64,000 bases of DNA from the human T2T-CHM13v2.0 reference genome, Homo sapiens. The notes under the pieces were generated by a model. It was given only the letters and a program-made list of their open reading frames with translations. It ran no database searches and was not told the origin of the DNA. The stretch lies in assembly GCF_009914755.1 (NCBI RefSeq), contig NC_060931.1; one strand, given 5' to 3'. Below are positions 51,312 through 64,000 of this stretch, piece after piece. The position numbers were made by a program, and so were the translations under genes. Within the stretch, counting starts at the first letter, position 1; every line of letters starts with the position of its first letter.

Positions 51312-52923
51312 GTGTGATAGTGGCATTGTGTTTACCTTGGAAGGCTTCCTGATTTTGGAAAGGTAAATGCTGCAGCTCTATAGGACCAGGTGCCGTGACA
51401 TCTATAACATCCTTAATTCATCTTAGATGCTTCAGCAAAAATGCCACGGCAACAAGTTGCCAACTACTAAGGTATGCAGCAGCTAGACATGGGTTTCCAT
51501 TGTCGTATTCCTCTTTTTTACCCTTGAACCCATTCATGTAGAAGAAAAAGATAAAACAGTCCATCCATGATGTTTGGCACACAGCCACAGGTACCAGGAT
51601 GTGTCAATGATGGGAGAAGACCCTGAGCTCTGCTGCAACTAATTGTGTATGCAAGAGTGGCAAGAGGAGATGTGCACACACCTTAATTTCTTAAATTATT
51701 AATAATGAAGGAGGAACTAAGAGCAATTCCGCTTGAGTCCAGATATGCAGAGTCTCCTTGCTGATCAGTCTCTAAATTGCATCAGCCACTGCCTTTGAGG
51801 GAGCAACAGCTTCAAGCCAGACAAAGGCCTGCCCTTGAGAATGACATTTCAGAAAGCCCTCAGAAGGCTCCAAGGCAAATAGCGCCGTCCACAAGCACGG
51901 CCACTGGCCAGCCTTGTCCCCAGCTGCAGCCTCAGCCTGGTCTTCTTGTTGCATACTTTCATTTTTAGCCTCAGATTGACCCGCAGCCTCCACAGCTGTC
52001 CCTCAACTCCAGCTCCCCCACCACACAATCTGCCTCAAGGTGCTACCAGTCGCCCACCTCCTGACCAAGCCGAGCCAGGCCCCTTGTTTTGGCTTCCTAT
52101 CTCCCTCCTAGCTTGCACCAATTCAACCTTGTTACCTGGCTCATGAAAAGGACTAACTGGAAAATTCCATGCTACACAGGCTGAAAGGGCTGGAATATAT
52201 TCTAGGAAATTAATTTCATGGACAGTTTAAAATTCTGCTATTTATTTCAGACATACTCAGCAAGTTTATTTTGACATGACATTATTGCATACTGAAAACA
52301 AAAAGTCAAAACATATGCATGTACATGTATGTGTTTGCAAAGTGTGCATTCATGTTTAGTACATGCTAGGCAGTAGATGCTGTGTAAAGTGTGTATATAG
52401 CGCAAGCTGCGTGTGTGCATTTGTGTGTTAAGGGCCATGTTTTTCTCCTCACAATAACTAGATTGATGTGTTTGAGATAATAACCTGAAACGTTAGGATT
52501 AGAAGTATTTTGCTTACTTATAATGTAGTGACAGATAAAGAGACCCATTGCCCTATTTTTTACTGGTTTAAAATGAAAAATACATTTATAAACCTATATA
52601 TGGTTCTATTTTTAAATAGTAATTTAAAATGGCTATAATAAATGACCTCAGATTGATTTTTCACAAAATGTGGTTAAGTACAAGTCCATATTATGTGCTG
52701 CCTGATGTGAGTTAGTCACTAAAAAATACCAAGTTTAAAAATACTAAGCCCCACAGAGGCCTCTGGCTGTAATGTTCACTGTGTGTTACTAGTGCCAGAT
52801 ATATCATAGATAGTTGTTGGATAAATGATTAAATGAACCAAACTGAGTAACTCCCAAAGATGGCATATATCCGGGGACCATGTGACATGCCATGCTCCCT
52901 GTTAGCTGGCTCCTGTAAGATAA

Positions 52924-53307
52924 TGCATCCATTTGCTAGAACTGCCATAATGAAGTTCCATAGACTGGGCTCTCAAACAACAGAAATTTATTTTCTCACA
53001 GTTCTGGAGGCTGGAAGTCCAAGATCAAAGTCTCAGTGGGCTGGTTCCTTCCAAGCCTCCTTCTTTGGCTTGTAGGTGGCCGTCCTCTCCCTGTGTCCTC
53101 CCATAGTCATCCTTGTGCATGTCTGTGTCCTAATCTCCTCTTCTTATAAGGACACCCGTCAGATTGGATTAGGGCCCATCCCAGTGACTTCACTTTAACT
53201 TAGTTATCTTTGTAGAGACCTGTCTCCAAACACAGTCACCTTCTGAAGTCCTGGGGATCAGGACTTCAACATATGAATTTTATGGGGGCATGACTGAGCC
53301 CATAACA
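52924..53307 (-). mobile_element. MLT1B-like solo LTR
   Basis: aacaacagaaatttattttctcacagttctggaggctggaagtccaagatc...cccataaca. Confidence 0.9.
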
Positions 53308-53824
53308 GGTGAATATGGACAAATTGAACACATCTCCATTTAGAGAGGTAAACAGAGACACAGTTCTGGATTCTTGGAGTAAGGTTTGAACCACATACAG
53401 GTACAGGAATAGTTCACTATTCATCAGATTAATAATGAAAGTGGAAAAACAGAAAAGAATTTATTAATTGTTGTAAATGCAGCCTGCTCTGCCTTGGATG
53501 AATTGGGCCGTGTAACCACCAAGGCCTATAAGAGGACCAATATGGCGAGATGTGGAAACAGATTCCGCTATGCCAGTGCAGCAGCAGGGGCCTGTGTGGG
53601 AAGGTGAGAGATCAGAGACTGGGGCCTACTTAGATAGGGGGTCTCGGCTGAGAAATGAAAGGGTTTCTATAGAAAACTGTATGATCCGTGGTTAGCATCT
53701 CCATGGTTTTTTATGTGTGCTCCTTACTTCCACAGGGAGCCCATATCCTTCCCAGTGAGCAGAAGTCTCTTCTCTTTTATCTCCACTTTATCTGCATCTG
53801 ACTCTGTGAACTTCTTTATCTTTC

Positions 53825-54186
53825 TGTATTAGCCACCTCAGGCTGCCACAATGAAGTAGCCCAGACCAAGTGGATGACACAGCAGATGTTTACTTTCTCA
53901 CAGTCCTGGGGGCTGGAAGTCCAAGTGCCAGGGTGGTTCCTGGTGAGGGCTCTTCTCCTGGTTTGCAGATGGCCACCTTCTTGCTGTGTCTTCACCTGGC
54001 AGAGAGAGTTCTGATGTTTCCTTTTGCTAGAAGGGACTAGTCCTGTCAGACCAGGGCCCACTCTGATGACATCATTTAACCTTTATCACCTCCTCACAGG
54101 CCCCATCTCCAAACACAGTCACATTGGGGGTTAGGGCACCAACATAGGAATCTGGGGGGTGGGGTACAAACATTCCATCCATAACA
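53825..54186 (-). mobile_element. MLT1A-like solo LTR
   Basis: tgtattag...ggttcctggtgagggctct...cacattgggggttaggg...ccataaca. Confidence 0.9.
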
Positions 54187-55048
54187 TGTTCCTCAAATAA
54201 CACAGACAAGCCTCAGTCCATGCCTTCCAAAATGTACATGAAACTGCAGCTGCTCCAGCCCAACCAGATGACATTTCCCTTTTTTGAAGGATGGGAGCAG
54301 CAGCCCATGTGAATGAATGATGAGGGGGCTCAGGCACATTGGAACACAAGGAGGGGAAAACATGGGAAGGGGGTGGCTCTCCCTAGCCCCATGTTCATTT
54401 ATATGGATGAAAAATCAATAATTTTTTTAATTTTGTTTAAGTACCAGGTTGAATTTACTCTCTCTTCTTACTAAAAGTCATTATAAGAGACTCTTTCCTA
54501 TCTAATTGCTCATAAGTTTATGAGAGAACTAAAAATCTCTCAATACTTCCAAGGTAAACTACAATTTTAATTATCATTTCTCATAATAATTAAGTCCTTC
54601 AGCAAAAAAGAAAATACCATGCTGGTTTTCTAAATGGTGATGACTTCCTCTTCAGTGGTCTTCATTAGCATTTTGTTTTTGGGCTGAGAGGATGGAACAG
54701 AGGCCACAACGCAACGCAAACAGTTTTCACTGGGGTGTTATGAGAGGGTTTCACACCTGCAAGTGTAGCTGCAGGACCTGTGTGAGTTACAGCCTCACTT
54801 GAAAAGTGCTTTGGGATTAGAATTCAGGATCTCATAGATTTGAGAACAGAAAGGGACCTTGAAGTCCAGGCAAAAATCTTTTGAGGTGGAGAACGCTGCT
54901 TCTTTAGGCAGAATCTGAGTCCCTGTGCTAGTTTATCTGTGGGGACAAATGCATAGGAGGTGTGCCAAGGACGCTAGAAATGGGCCCACGGGGCCATCAT
55001 TCCATTCCTGAGGCCACCACGGCGTCCGTGCCTCATCCTTCCCATCAG

Positions 55049-55180
55049 CTCTGTGACCTGGCATCCTCTGCCCACCTGTGCTGACCCTCCTCTGTGGCCT
55101 GTCCTCCTCTGCCCACCCGTGCTGACCCTCCTCTGTGGCCTGGCATCCTCTTTCCACCCATGCTGACCCTCCTCTGATGG
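55049..55180 (+). repeat. 41-bp minisatellite, about 3.2 copies
   Basis: ctctgtggcctggcatcctctgcccacccgtgctgaccctc-like units at 55049, 55090 and 55131. Confidence 0.92.
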
Positions 55181-57527
55181 CTCTGTGCCCCTAGGACCAC
55201 CTCTACAGCCGCATCACCTGGACCCCCGGGACCTCGGGCTGCTAGTCCAGTCCAACGGGAGACACAGGCAGCAGACGACCAAGTGCCGCATCCAAGACTG
55301 GGCCTCATGCGAACGGCCCTCCCTGGGCTCCGCACACTTTGTCCCCTCCATGCCAGGCCAGCCCTGGGGAGCAGAACCCTTTCCAGTGCTCTCTGGGTGC
55401 CTCAGTTTCTCGTGTCTGTTCCCTAAACTCACCCGTCCCTCTGTAAATGGGCCCTGTATTTGTGTTCTGTCTCGGCCGGACCTCACCTGGGGCAGTGAAG
55501 GCAGAAGGAAGAGGGCTCCTCAGACCTGAGTTCCACTCAACAGACCATGTTCTCACTGCTTCATTACAAATAAACCAGGTTCTACATTAAAAAATGTGGC
55601 AAAATGCACACAGACCTTATTAATGCAGATCTCTAAGAGAATGAAGAGATCGATCCCGGGATGTGAACTCTTCAAAGCCATGTCTCGGACACTCACAGTC
55701 GGCAGCAGTCTCTGCTTTCATAACAATGCCCTTAAGTTGATATATGGTCTGTTACACAAAACCCAGAGAACTGCATAGCGCCACAGCAAGACCAGCTGGC
55801 CAAGGCCGACCTGACTCCACCATCCCACTCCCGGCACTGGGCCAGGGCCCAAACAGGAACCCTCAGCCAAGAGGCTTGGCTCCTCAGCTTCCACCTGGAC
55901 ATGTGATTCCCATGTCGGGAAAGACCCTTGTGTCCCTTTAGGGAGTGGCAGTGAGGCCTCAGATCCCACCAGTGTGCCTCTAACAGCCTTTCATTCAACG
56001 CAACTGGCCTCAGCAGGTGCAGCAAAGCCAGTGTGGGTCAGAAAGCCTCTCTGCCCAAAAGGTTACAGACCACTTACAAACAAGTTGGTTGTAGACTTGA
56101 TGAAAATTTTTAAAATGTATTTTTTGAAAATCAAACAAACCTGATACCATGGTGAAATAAAGAAGTTACTACTTCTGGGCTGAAATTAGTCTGCAGGAAA
56201 AAAAAAAAAAAAAAAAAAAAGACGATCTCCTGGTTTCTTTACTAGGAAAAGAGACTTTTGCTTGAAGCAATAAGTTTCAGGTTCCTGATTTTCCTGTGAA
56301 CTCTTTGCAAATCTTTTAAGACTTACCAAGATATTTATGACCAAATACTATTAAGCAATTTAGGAAATGATATGCTATTTACCTTCATCGTTTGTGTTGA
56401 GGATTTTCTGAGTGTCTGTGCCTTTGTGTTCCCATCAGAAAGATTCATCAACCGTCAAAGTTTTCAGATCACGGGCTACCTTCATTAGAGTTGGCATGAC
56501 CCTAGAAAATGCTCTGGCAACAAAACAAAACTTCGCATGAGGCCAAACATAAAGGCAGGTTATGAAAGATGTTTCCTGGGCACGCCTGGAATTCCCCTCA
56601 TTAGCAGAGAATCCTCCTAATCTGCTTAAAACGTATCATGCTGTATTCCAGAACACCTCCCGATGTTTCCTCTGCCTCGGTGCTTTCTTCTTTTAAGTGT
56701 GTTTTCTTTTGAGGCACTAGATTTGAACATGTGACAAGACAGCATCGCCTAGTGGAGACAGAGCATTGGGTAAAATCCAAGACTCCCAAGAGTGACTCGG
56801 CTTGTTGACGACTTGACTTTCTCAACTATAAAATGGGGATCATGCATCATCACATTCCGTTTCACAAATACACTATAAAGACAAATTCTGTTCATTGAGG
56901 AAGGGCTTCTAACTTCTCAAAGGAAAGGCAAAGTTTGAGTTAGTCAAGACTTCGCTTTGAGAGCTCTGGGGTTGATATCCTCGCTGTTTAGAAGCAGCTT
57001 GAAGCTTCAGGTGGAGTGGGGAGGTGTGAGATCGGTAAATGTGGGCTTTTGTATCTTTCCCCTTCAGGACCTGATATCAACAGTCCTCTGCCTCCCAAGT
57101 CCTCTTGAGGTGTCAGTGGATGTCAATGCAGCTACTTCTCTGAGATACATAGGGGTCTTTTTGCATTTCACCAGGAAATTGTGGAAAACGTAACATGTGT
57201 CTGATACGAGAATTCCAAGGGCTCCCACGGGAGGCTCGGTGAATCTTCAGGAGTCTTCCAGAACAGTCCTCAGTCTAACCCACCTGCAGGACACAGCTCT
57301 GTCCTACCTCCCTGGAGTCAAGCCCTTCCTGAAGGAAGCATTCTGGCCTTACCCACAAAATTAAAACTCAAGAATCCAGACAAAGTCAAAAGCCAGATAA
57401 ACACTTGTAAGTTACTGGGGTAGAAACCCAAAAGAAGAGGCAAAGTTTTGATGGAAGTATTTTTGGCTCAAGGAGGCCCAAATTCCTCCTGCTGCTCAAT
57501 CATTTGATCTGATTTTGCATCTCATGA

Positions 57528-57891
<364 letters not shown>

Positions 57892-58139
57892 AAACTTCAG
57901 CCTTGTTAAGACCCTCCCCAGGTTTTAGCCTGTTTTCTGCTTCAGTGAGATTCCCTCAACTGTGAGTTTTTTAAGGGTTTATGTTCCCTGTATCTTTTCA
58001 AATGATGCTCCTTAATGGAACATTGAAAATCTTCCCCAGAGCAAACTTTCCTCAAATTTGTTTGGTGGAAGAAGAATAATATCTTCCTATTATTCAAAGC
58101 AATTCCTTCATTTCAGGACATCTCAGAGATACAAAACTA

Positions 58140-58480
58140 TGTCCCAATGTCAACCTAGCCAGCTGGGTCAGCTCACAGCCTCGGTGACACTGAATCAAAA
58201 GTAGAGTTGGAAGTGTGTGAGTTTGATCAGGGAAGTGCCTGTGAGTAAGAGAGAGGGAGCAGGAGCAGGAGGGGAGAGCCTGCAGCTGAACTGCAGACCT
58301 GACCTGCTGCAGGATGAGGAAGGAGGCTGGAGGCACAAGGTCCCACAGCTGCCGCACAGCTCGAGAGTCTCTGCCAGCCTGTGCAAAAATGGCACAGAGG
58401 GAGCTGTTGGCCTATCATCCAGTAGGACCCCAGCTATGACCACTAGCAAGAATTCTCACTCTTGGGGGACTAGAACTAGC
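58140..58480. mobile_element. Old ERVL LTR fragment (LTR16/LTR33-like)
   Basis: gggagcaggagcaggaggggagagcctgcag...gcagacctgacc...gagagtctctgccagcc resembles these LTRs; family uncertain. Confidence 0.45.
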
Positions 58481-58485
58481 CTTGA

Positions 58486-58712
58486 AGATACCACAAATGT
58501 TTGATTACCACCTTTATAGAGGCTTTAATATTTTGTAGCATTTGTGTCTCCTCACCACCCTTTCTTTTTTAAAATGTCATGTTTATTCATGGCCATTCTC
58601 TTCTGAATACATGGAAATTAGTTAAAAAGAATCTAATACCAGTAGTCACTAAGTAAATGTTCGTTGTTATTATTAGTATTATTTCTTATTAGGTTTATTC
58701 CATCAGATGAAC
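58486..58712 (+). repeat. 227-bp dispersed duplicate (other copy at 60647-60873)
   Basis: agataccacaaatg...ccatcagatgaac occurs twice with 8 substitutions. Confidence 0.97.
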
Positions 58713-58985
58713 AGTGGCAAGAAGAGGAAGCACCAAGTCTCCCAATGGGCCAAGAGGAGGGATGAAAGTGGGGCTACTCCTTTCTCCACCCCTGGTTCCT
58801 GGGCTCCCTTGGGAACACAGTGCCACAGAGAGAGCTCAGATTCTGGGCATAGCCTGCCGCCTCACAGAGTACTGCCCTCGAGCTGGGGTTTCAGCCAACA
58901 CCCCCCAGCTCTATCAGGCCTCAAGCACGTGGACAGGTGCATGATGCTTCCAGTAGGTCCTGTGGCAGGGGCCCTCCTGCCCCTC

Positions 58986-59349
58986 TGATATGGTCTGGCT
59001 GTGTTCCCACCCAAATCTCATCTTGAATTGTAGTTCCCATAGTTCCCACGTGTCATGGGAGGGACCCAGTGGAAGGTAATTGAATCATGGGGGCGGGTCT
59101 TTCCTGTGCTGTTCTCGTGATAGTGAATAAGTCTCACGAGACCTGATGGTTTTGTAAGGGATAGTTCTCCTGCACACACTTTCTTGTCTGCCACCATGTA
59201 AGATGTGACTTTGCTTCTCCTTTGCCTTCAGCCATGATTGTAAGGCCTCCCCAGCCACGTGGAGCTGTGAGTCCATTAAACCTCTCTCCTTTATAAATTA
59301 CCCAGTCTCGAGTGTGTCTTTATTAGCAGCGTGAGAACAGACTAATACA
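58986..59349 (+). mobile_element. THE1 (B/C-like) solo LTR with 5-bp TSD
   Basis: tgatatggtctggctgtg...gactaataca; CCCTC at 58981-58985 and 59350-59354. Confidence 0.96.
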
Positions 59350-59749
59350 CCCTCCCTCCCTGTGATTCCCTGAGGTTCCATTAGAGTCCCTGCCTGTGCC
59401 CCTGATACTCAGACAGTGGTATTGCCTGAAGCTTTGAAGAAGGAACAGAAAACCAGCACCCAGGATGGGTGACTGCTACCATGAGGCCAAGCTGCCATTC
59501 CTCCCAGACAGAAAGGGTGCAATAAAGCCAGTTTGTCTCCAGGTGGTCAGAGGTCCCTTGAGGAACAGAGTCACATCAGGGGCTCACCCATGACTTTTCT
59601 TGCTGGCTGTTGGAACATCAGCCACCAAATTCACCTTGGCAAACAGGAATTCCTGCTAGTGGGGCCACGAATAGCCCCTATCTCTGCCACTGCATGCTTC
59701 ATGGCAGCTCTTACCTTGCACGGCTAAGGTCCCAGAGTGTGTGTTTTCA

Positions 59750-60310
59750 GGGGGCCCAGCTCTGTGGGTTCTCTACTACTCACCTCAACCACTGCCACTC
59801 AATCTCCAAAGCTTCCGTTATTATCTATATGCCAGTAACTCCAAAATCTATATTTCCTTTCAAGACTGGTCTCCTGAAACTCAAACACACATGTCTAGCT
59901 GTCTATTACATGTCTCCACTTGGGTATTCCAGAGCACTTCAAACTCAGCATGTCGAAGAATGAACACATGAGCTTCTCCACCCAGCCTGCTTCTGCACCT
60001 TTCCTGTCTTGGTGAATTGCACCACTACTCCCAGCTGCCCAGCTCCTCCCTCTTCCAGAACCTCATGTCCCATCCTTCACAAACTCTTGAATATTTCTGT
60101 GTGTTCATGATCTGCACGTTAACCCAAGCCACCACTGGCTTTCCTGGACTACAGTAATTTCCTGGCTGGTCTTTCTGCCTGCAGTATAATCCACCTCCAA
60201 GTCACTTTCCATTTTGCAAATGAGTGATAATTCAATGACATTTGCCTATTTAAAACAGTTCGAGAGATGATAGCTAAAGTCATTCATCGAGGGGTAAAGT
60301 CCCTTTATGG
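59750..60310 (+). mobile_element. L2 fragment
   Basis: actccaaaatctatatttcc...gtctccacttgg...cttcaaactcagcatgtc. Confidence 0.8.
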
Positions 60311-60739
60311 TGTAGTCAGAATGGAGAAAAGTCTGGGAATCAGAATTAATGAAAAGTGGCTGAGCTGAAATGAAATGTGTGGCCCAGAGAAGATTTGGGG
60401 GAGACCATGAGAGTATTTTTCCATTTTTTATGGCCTGATGTTTTTTACATTTTTACCTCATCTAAATGTAATTCACTTGGGAGAATAAAGTCAGCATCTA
60501 AGTTGACCTTTTAAGACAATATTTAAAATTAGTAGCCAACTGCAACATATAGAATATATGACATTTTCCTTTACATAATATAAAGATAAATAAATTCAAA
60601 ATGAGCACTTGTGAGACTCTCTGATTTTGAACTTATTCTCCTGAACAGATACCACAAATGTTTGATTACCACCTTCATAGAGGCTTTAATATTTTGTAGC
60701 ATTTGTGTCTCCTCACCGCCCTTTCTTTTTTAAAATGTC

Positions 60740-61080
60740 ATGTTTATTCATGGCCATTCTCTTCTGAACACATGGAAATTAGTTAAAAAGAATCTAGTAC
60801 CGGTAGTCACTAAGTAAACGTTCATTGTTATTATTAGCATTATTTCTTATTAGGTTTATTCCATCAGATGAACTTTAAAATCATTCTGGCAATCTCAAAA
60901 ACATGAAGAAGAGGAAGCTTAATCCCATTTTCATTGATTATTTTAGTCCTAACAATTAATTTTAGGAAAACTGCCATCTCCATAGTATTCATCTCCCACT
61001 GCATCAACATGGAATGCTTCTCCATTTATTCTGTTTCTATCTTTTCTTAAAATAAATGATTGCTTTCCTCTAATATGTTC
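60740..61080 (-). mobile_element. Degenerate L1M ORF2 fragment (more pieces at ~62150-62300)
   Basis: gatgaactttaaaatcatt...gcatcaacatggaatgcttctccatttattc resembles antisense L1 ORF2. Confidence 0.6.
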
Positions 61081-61271
61081 TATACTTTCCTTCTTAATAT
61101 TATTTTAGGCAGGAAAATCTTTGGCTTCAATAAACAAGAAAAGCCACTCAAATTAACAAGAAAAAGAGATTTTATTGTAGAATATACCTCATGGAACTCA
61201 AGGAATTCAAAGACAGAACACACAATATAGACAAGCACCCCAGGGGCTGGAACAAGATAGCCAGGGCCAAA

Positions 61272-61273
<2 letters not shown>

Positions 61274-61320
<47 letters not shown>

Positions 61321-61470
61321 CCTCCCTCCCCCTGCTTCTCTCTCCCTCTCTCTATCTCTTTCTCTCTCTCTCTCCCCTCTCCCTCCCCTCTCTCTCCCCT
61401 CCCTCCTCCTCCTTCTCTCTCTCTCTCTGTCCCTCTCTCTCTCCCCACCTCTCCCCTTCTTCCCCCTCCA
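61274..61470 (+). repeat. (CT)n/pyrimidine tract inside an old LTR fragment
   Basis: About 200 bp, nearly all C/T. Confidence 0.95.
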
Positions 61471-63219
61471 CCCAGCAACACACACACAACGTCTCAGTCT
61501 CTGCTCTGCTTGGTGAATCCACTCTGGTCCTGAGTGTCTCTCTTCAGACCAGCTTCTCGGCTTGCTCGAGGTGTCTGCTTCTCTGTGAATTTAGTTGGCA
61601 CGGGGATTTGATTTGTTGTGGTCCATTTTCCCACCAACTCTGCATGAATTTTCACCTCCGTGCCACGCCCCCCCACCATCACCACTGAACTAGCCTGTAT
61701 AGTCTCTGTGTCTCTTCATTCAAATTCAGCAGAGAGAGAATTGGTGGCAGGTGTGGGTCAGCCACTTCGCTCCGGGACCCATCGGTTTGGGACATGAGGG
61801 AGGTGCAGGAGAGCCGCCAGGCAGCAGTGTGGTGTCTGCATCATGTGACGCCGAGGTCGCCCCTGCCAGGGCAACGCACAGGCGGCAGGGCCCCTAAAAG
61901 TGCAGTCAATAGGTCTGAAAATGATAGACGTGGCTAATGGCATTCCTAGACATCACACAAAGATTTATCATAGCAGGATTTATCTTTCATTGTATTACCC
62001 ACAAGTTGTTCCCAAATATAGTAATAATCTTGACATCTGTGTAGTTATTACACATCCAGCAATCAAATTCAATCATTTTTAACTTGATTCCTTTTAGAAC
62101 TTTCAGTCCTAATATTTAAAATACTGATTCCTTTTTTCCTCCATTTTAAAATTTTATTCTAGTTACCACATTGTTCTTGCAATTGCTTGGATTTTTCAGA
62201 ATAGTAATAAATAATAACGGGAATCCTAGGCATTCGTGTTTTTCTATGTTTTTAACAGGATTTTCTCTAATGTTTCGCTATTAAATACCATGCAGGAAAT
62301 TGGGAAATAATATCACAACCCAAGGTAAATGGAGCTAACAGCATAGATGGGACAAGCTAAGACATGAGGACCAGCTTGCGACTCCAGACCTGGGAAGACC
62401 CCATGAGAAGCAGGGAGAGGGTGGGGGCAGTCATGGGCAGGCTGGGAAACTCCCTCTGCTCACTGAGCCTGTGGGAGCAGGCCCCTGGAGACCCCAGGTT
62501 TCACATAGTAGCCACACGAAGCAGAAAGTCAGAAGCACAGAAGGCTTCTTCCCAAGGTGGTGTGGCAGGCCAGGAAGCAGGTGGCAGGGCGCTGGCATGA
62601 AGGCCAGCCAGAGAGCAGAACGCCAAACACCAGCCCCTGGGGTTCCACTGGCATCACCAGCTCCCGCCGTGCTAAGTGGAATTTTCAGGTGGAGGAGAGT
62701 TGGGAAAGGATAGAAGTGATATGCTATGGAAATCCTTACATTGTATGCTATTATGAAGTTGAGTTTTAAAACATTATAATGTGCTATTAGAAAAAAATCC
62801 TTTTTTATAGTCATTATTCTTCTATGGTCATATCTTTTTATTTTGTTGATGGGCTTAAGCCAGCTTAGTTGGTTCTAATGTGATTTGATTAGCACTATAC
62901 TATAGCCTTTCTCAACGAATTACAACCTCCTAGAACAACAGCCGTGGCTTCATGGCTTTTACATTCTTCACAGCAGCTACTATTTGGCTGTGTCTATGAT
63001 AGGTACTCAATAAATACTTACCGAATACAATCAAAAATTCTAAAAAGTATTGATACCCGGAACCTACTACTAACCTCGATCATTCTCTCATAACTCCTTC
63101 CTATTGGCATCAAGTGCAACGGCGGCCAAGAGAATGTGAATAGGCTGATACCAACCACTCTCCGTCCCAATTCAGAAAACATCAGCCTGTAACACAGTGT
63201 GACCCAGGAAACATGCCAG

Positions 63220-63265
63220 AGTGTGTGTGTGTGTGTGTGCATGCGCGCGTATGTGCACGTGTGCA
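63220..63265 (+). repeat. Alternating purine-pyrimidine tract (TG)n plus (CG)n
   Basis: gtgtgtgtgtgtgtgtgtgcatgcgcgcgtatgtgcacgtgtgca. Confidence 0.9.
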
Positions 63266-63499
63266 AGTGAAAGTAAATGCTGATTTTGTTTATAGGATTT
63301 TCATTTTTGTTGAAAAGGGAAATGGGGAAAGGATGGCCCTAAAAGGCTAAAGCATAAAAGCTTGTAAGCGAGCCCTTGAGGCTTCACTTACAGTAAACTT
63401 ATTTCTACTTTACATATCATTTTAATAATCCTGGGGTTTGTCAAGTTTTTACATCGAATGTTTTATATAATAAATATCACTCATTTTTAAAATAAAATC

Positions 63500-64000
63500 A
63501 AAATCCAAAAACATCCACCATCTACAATTCTTTTGCAAGAACTGGAATGTGTGCTGCAAAGGAAACGATCGACAGAGTGAGGAGGCAAACCACAAAATGA
63601 GAAAATATCCGTAAACCATCCATCTGGTGAGGGGCTAAACATCCAAAATACATGAGGAACTCAAGCTACCCTGCAGCAAGAAAACAAAGAACCTGATTAC
63701 AAAATGGGCAAAGGATCCAAACAGACACGTCTTAAAGGATGAGATGCACACAGCCAACAGGTACATTAAAGATGCACAACTTCTCAAGTCAGCAGGGAGG
63801 TGCACATGAAAACCACTGGATATCACCACGCGCCTGTTAGAAGGTTATTACGAAAAACACAAATGGCAAGTGTTGGCAGGGATGTAGGGAAGGGGGAAGC
63901 TTGCACATTGTGTGTAGGAATGTAAACTAGTACAGCCATTTTGGAAGACAGCATGGAGGTTCCTCAAAAAGTTAAAAGTAGCACTACCATACAATCCAGC
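63500..64000 (+). mobile_element. L1MA/MB ORF2 3' fragment running off the window
   Basis: aaaatgggcaaaggatccaaacagacac...gaatgtaaactagtacagcc...ggttcctcaaaaagttaaaagtag. Confidence 0.9.

Noticed and set aside
59246-59258. PRDM9 hotspot motif in the THE1 LTR
   Set aside because: The sequence is CCTCCCCAGCCAC, the common non-hot form, not CCTCCCTAGCCAC.

Overview
Primate, probably human, non-coding genomic DNA. No protein-coding exon, tRNA, rRNA or CRISPR array can be supported, and the locus cannot be named without an alignment. Much of the window is interspersed repeats: Alu J/S/Y, L1PA and old L1M pieces, L2, MIR, THE1/MLT1 MaLR LTRs, and MER1A/MER5 DNA transposons. There are four large tandem arrays: a GATA/GGAT compound STR, a 1.3 kb CA-rich tract, a 14-bp G-rich VNTR and a 24-bp VNTR. 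Several transposon-poor, motif-rich stretches look like enhancers or a promoter. The longer ORFs mostly come from repeats; the rest are no longer than expected by chance. The most unusual signals are mutational scars. (1) Two reciprocally chimeric Alus and 193 bp of foreign DNA sit inside one target-site duplication (TSD), as expected if a ~459-bp DNA circle integrated by one crossover. (2) An Alu and a twin-primed L1 used the same 15-bp target in turn, and CpG decay records the order. (3) A TSD-flanked fold-back chimera joins two L1 fragments. (4) Two local templated insertions carry template-switch signatures. (5) A site has recursive-splice/RS-exon architecture. Repeat family and subfamily names come from my recollection of consensus sequences and need RepeatMasker/Dfam confirmation; boundaries of old elements are approximate.
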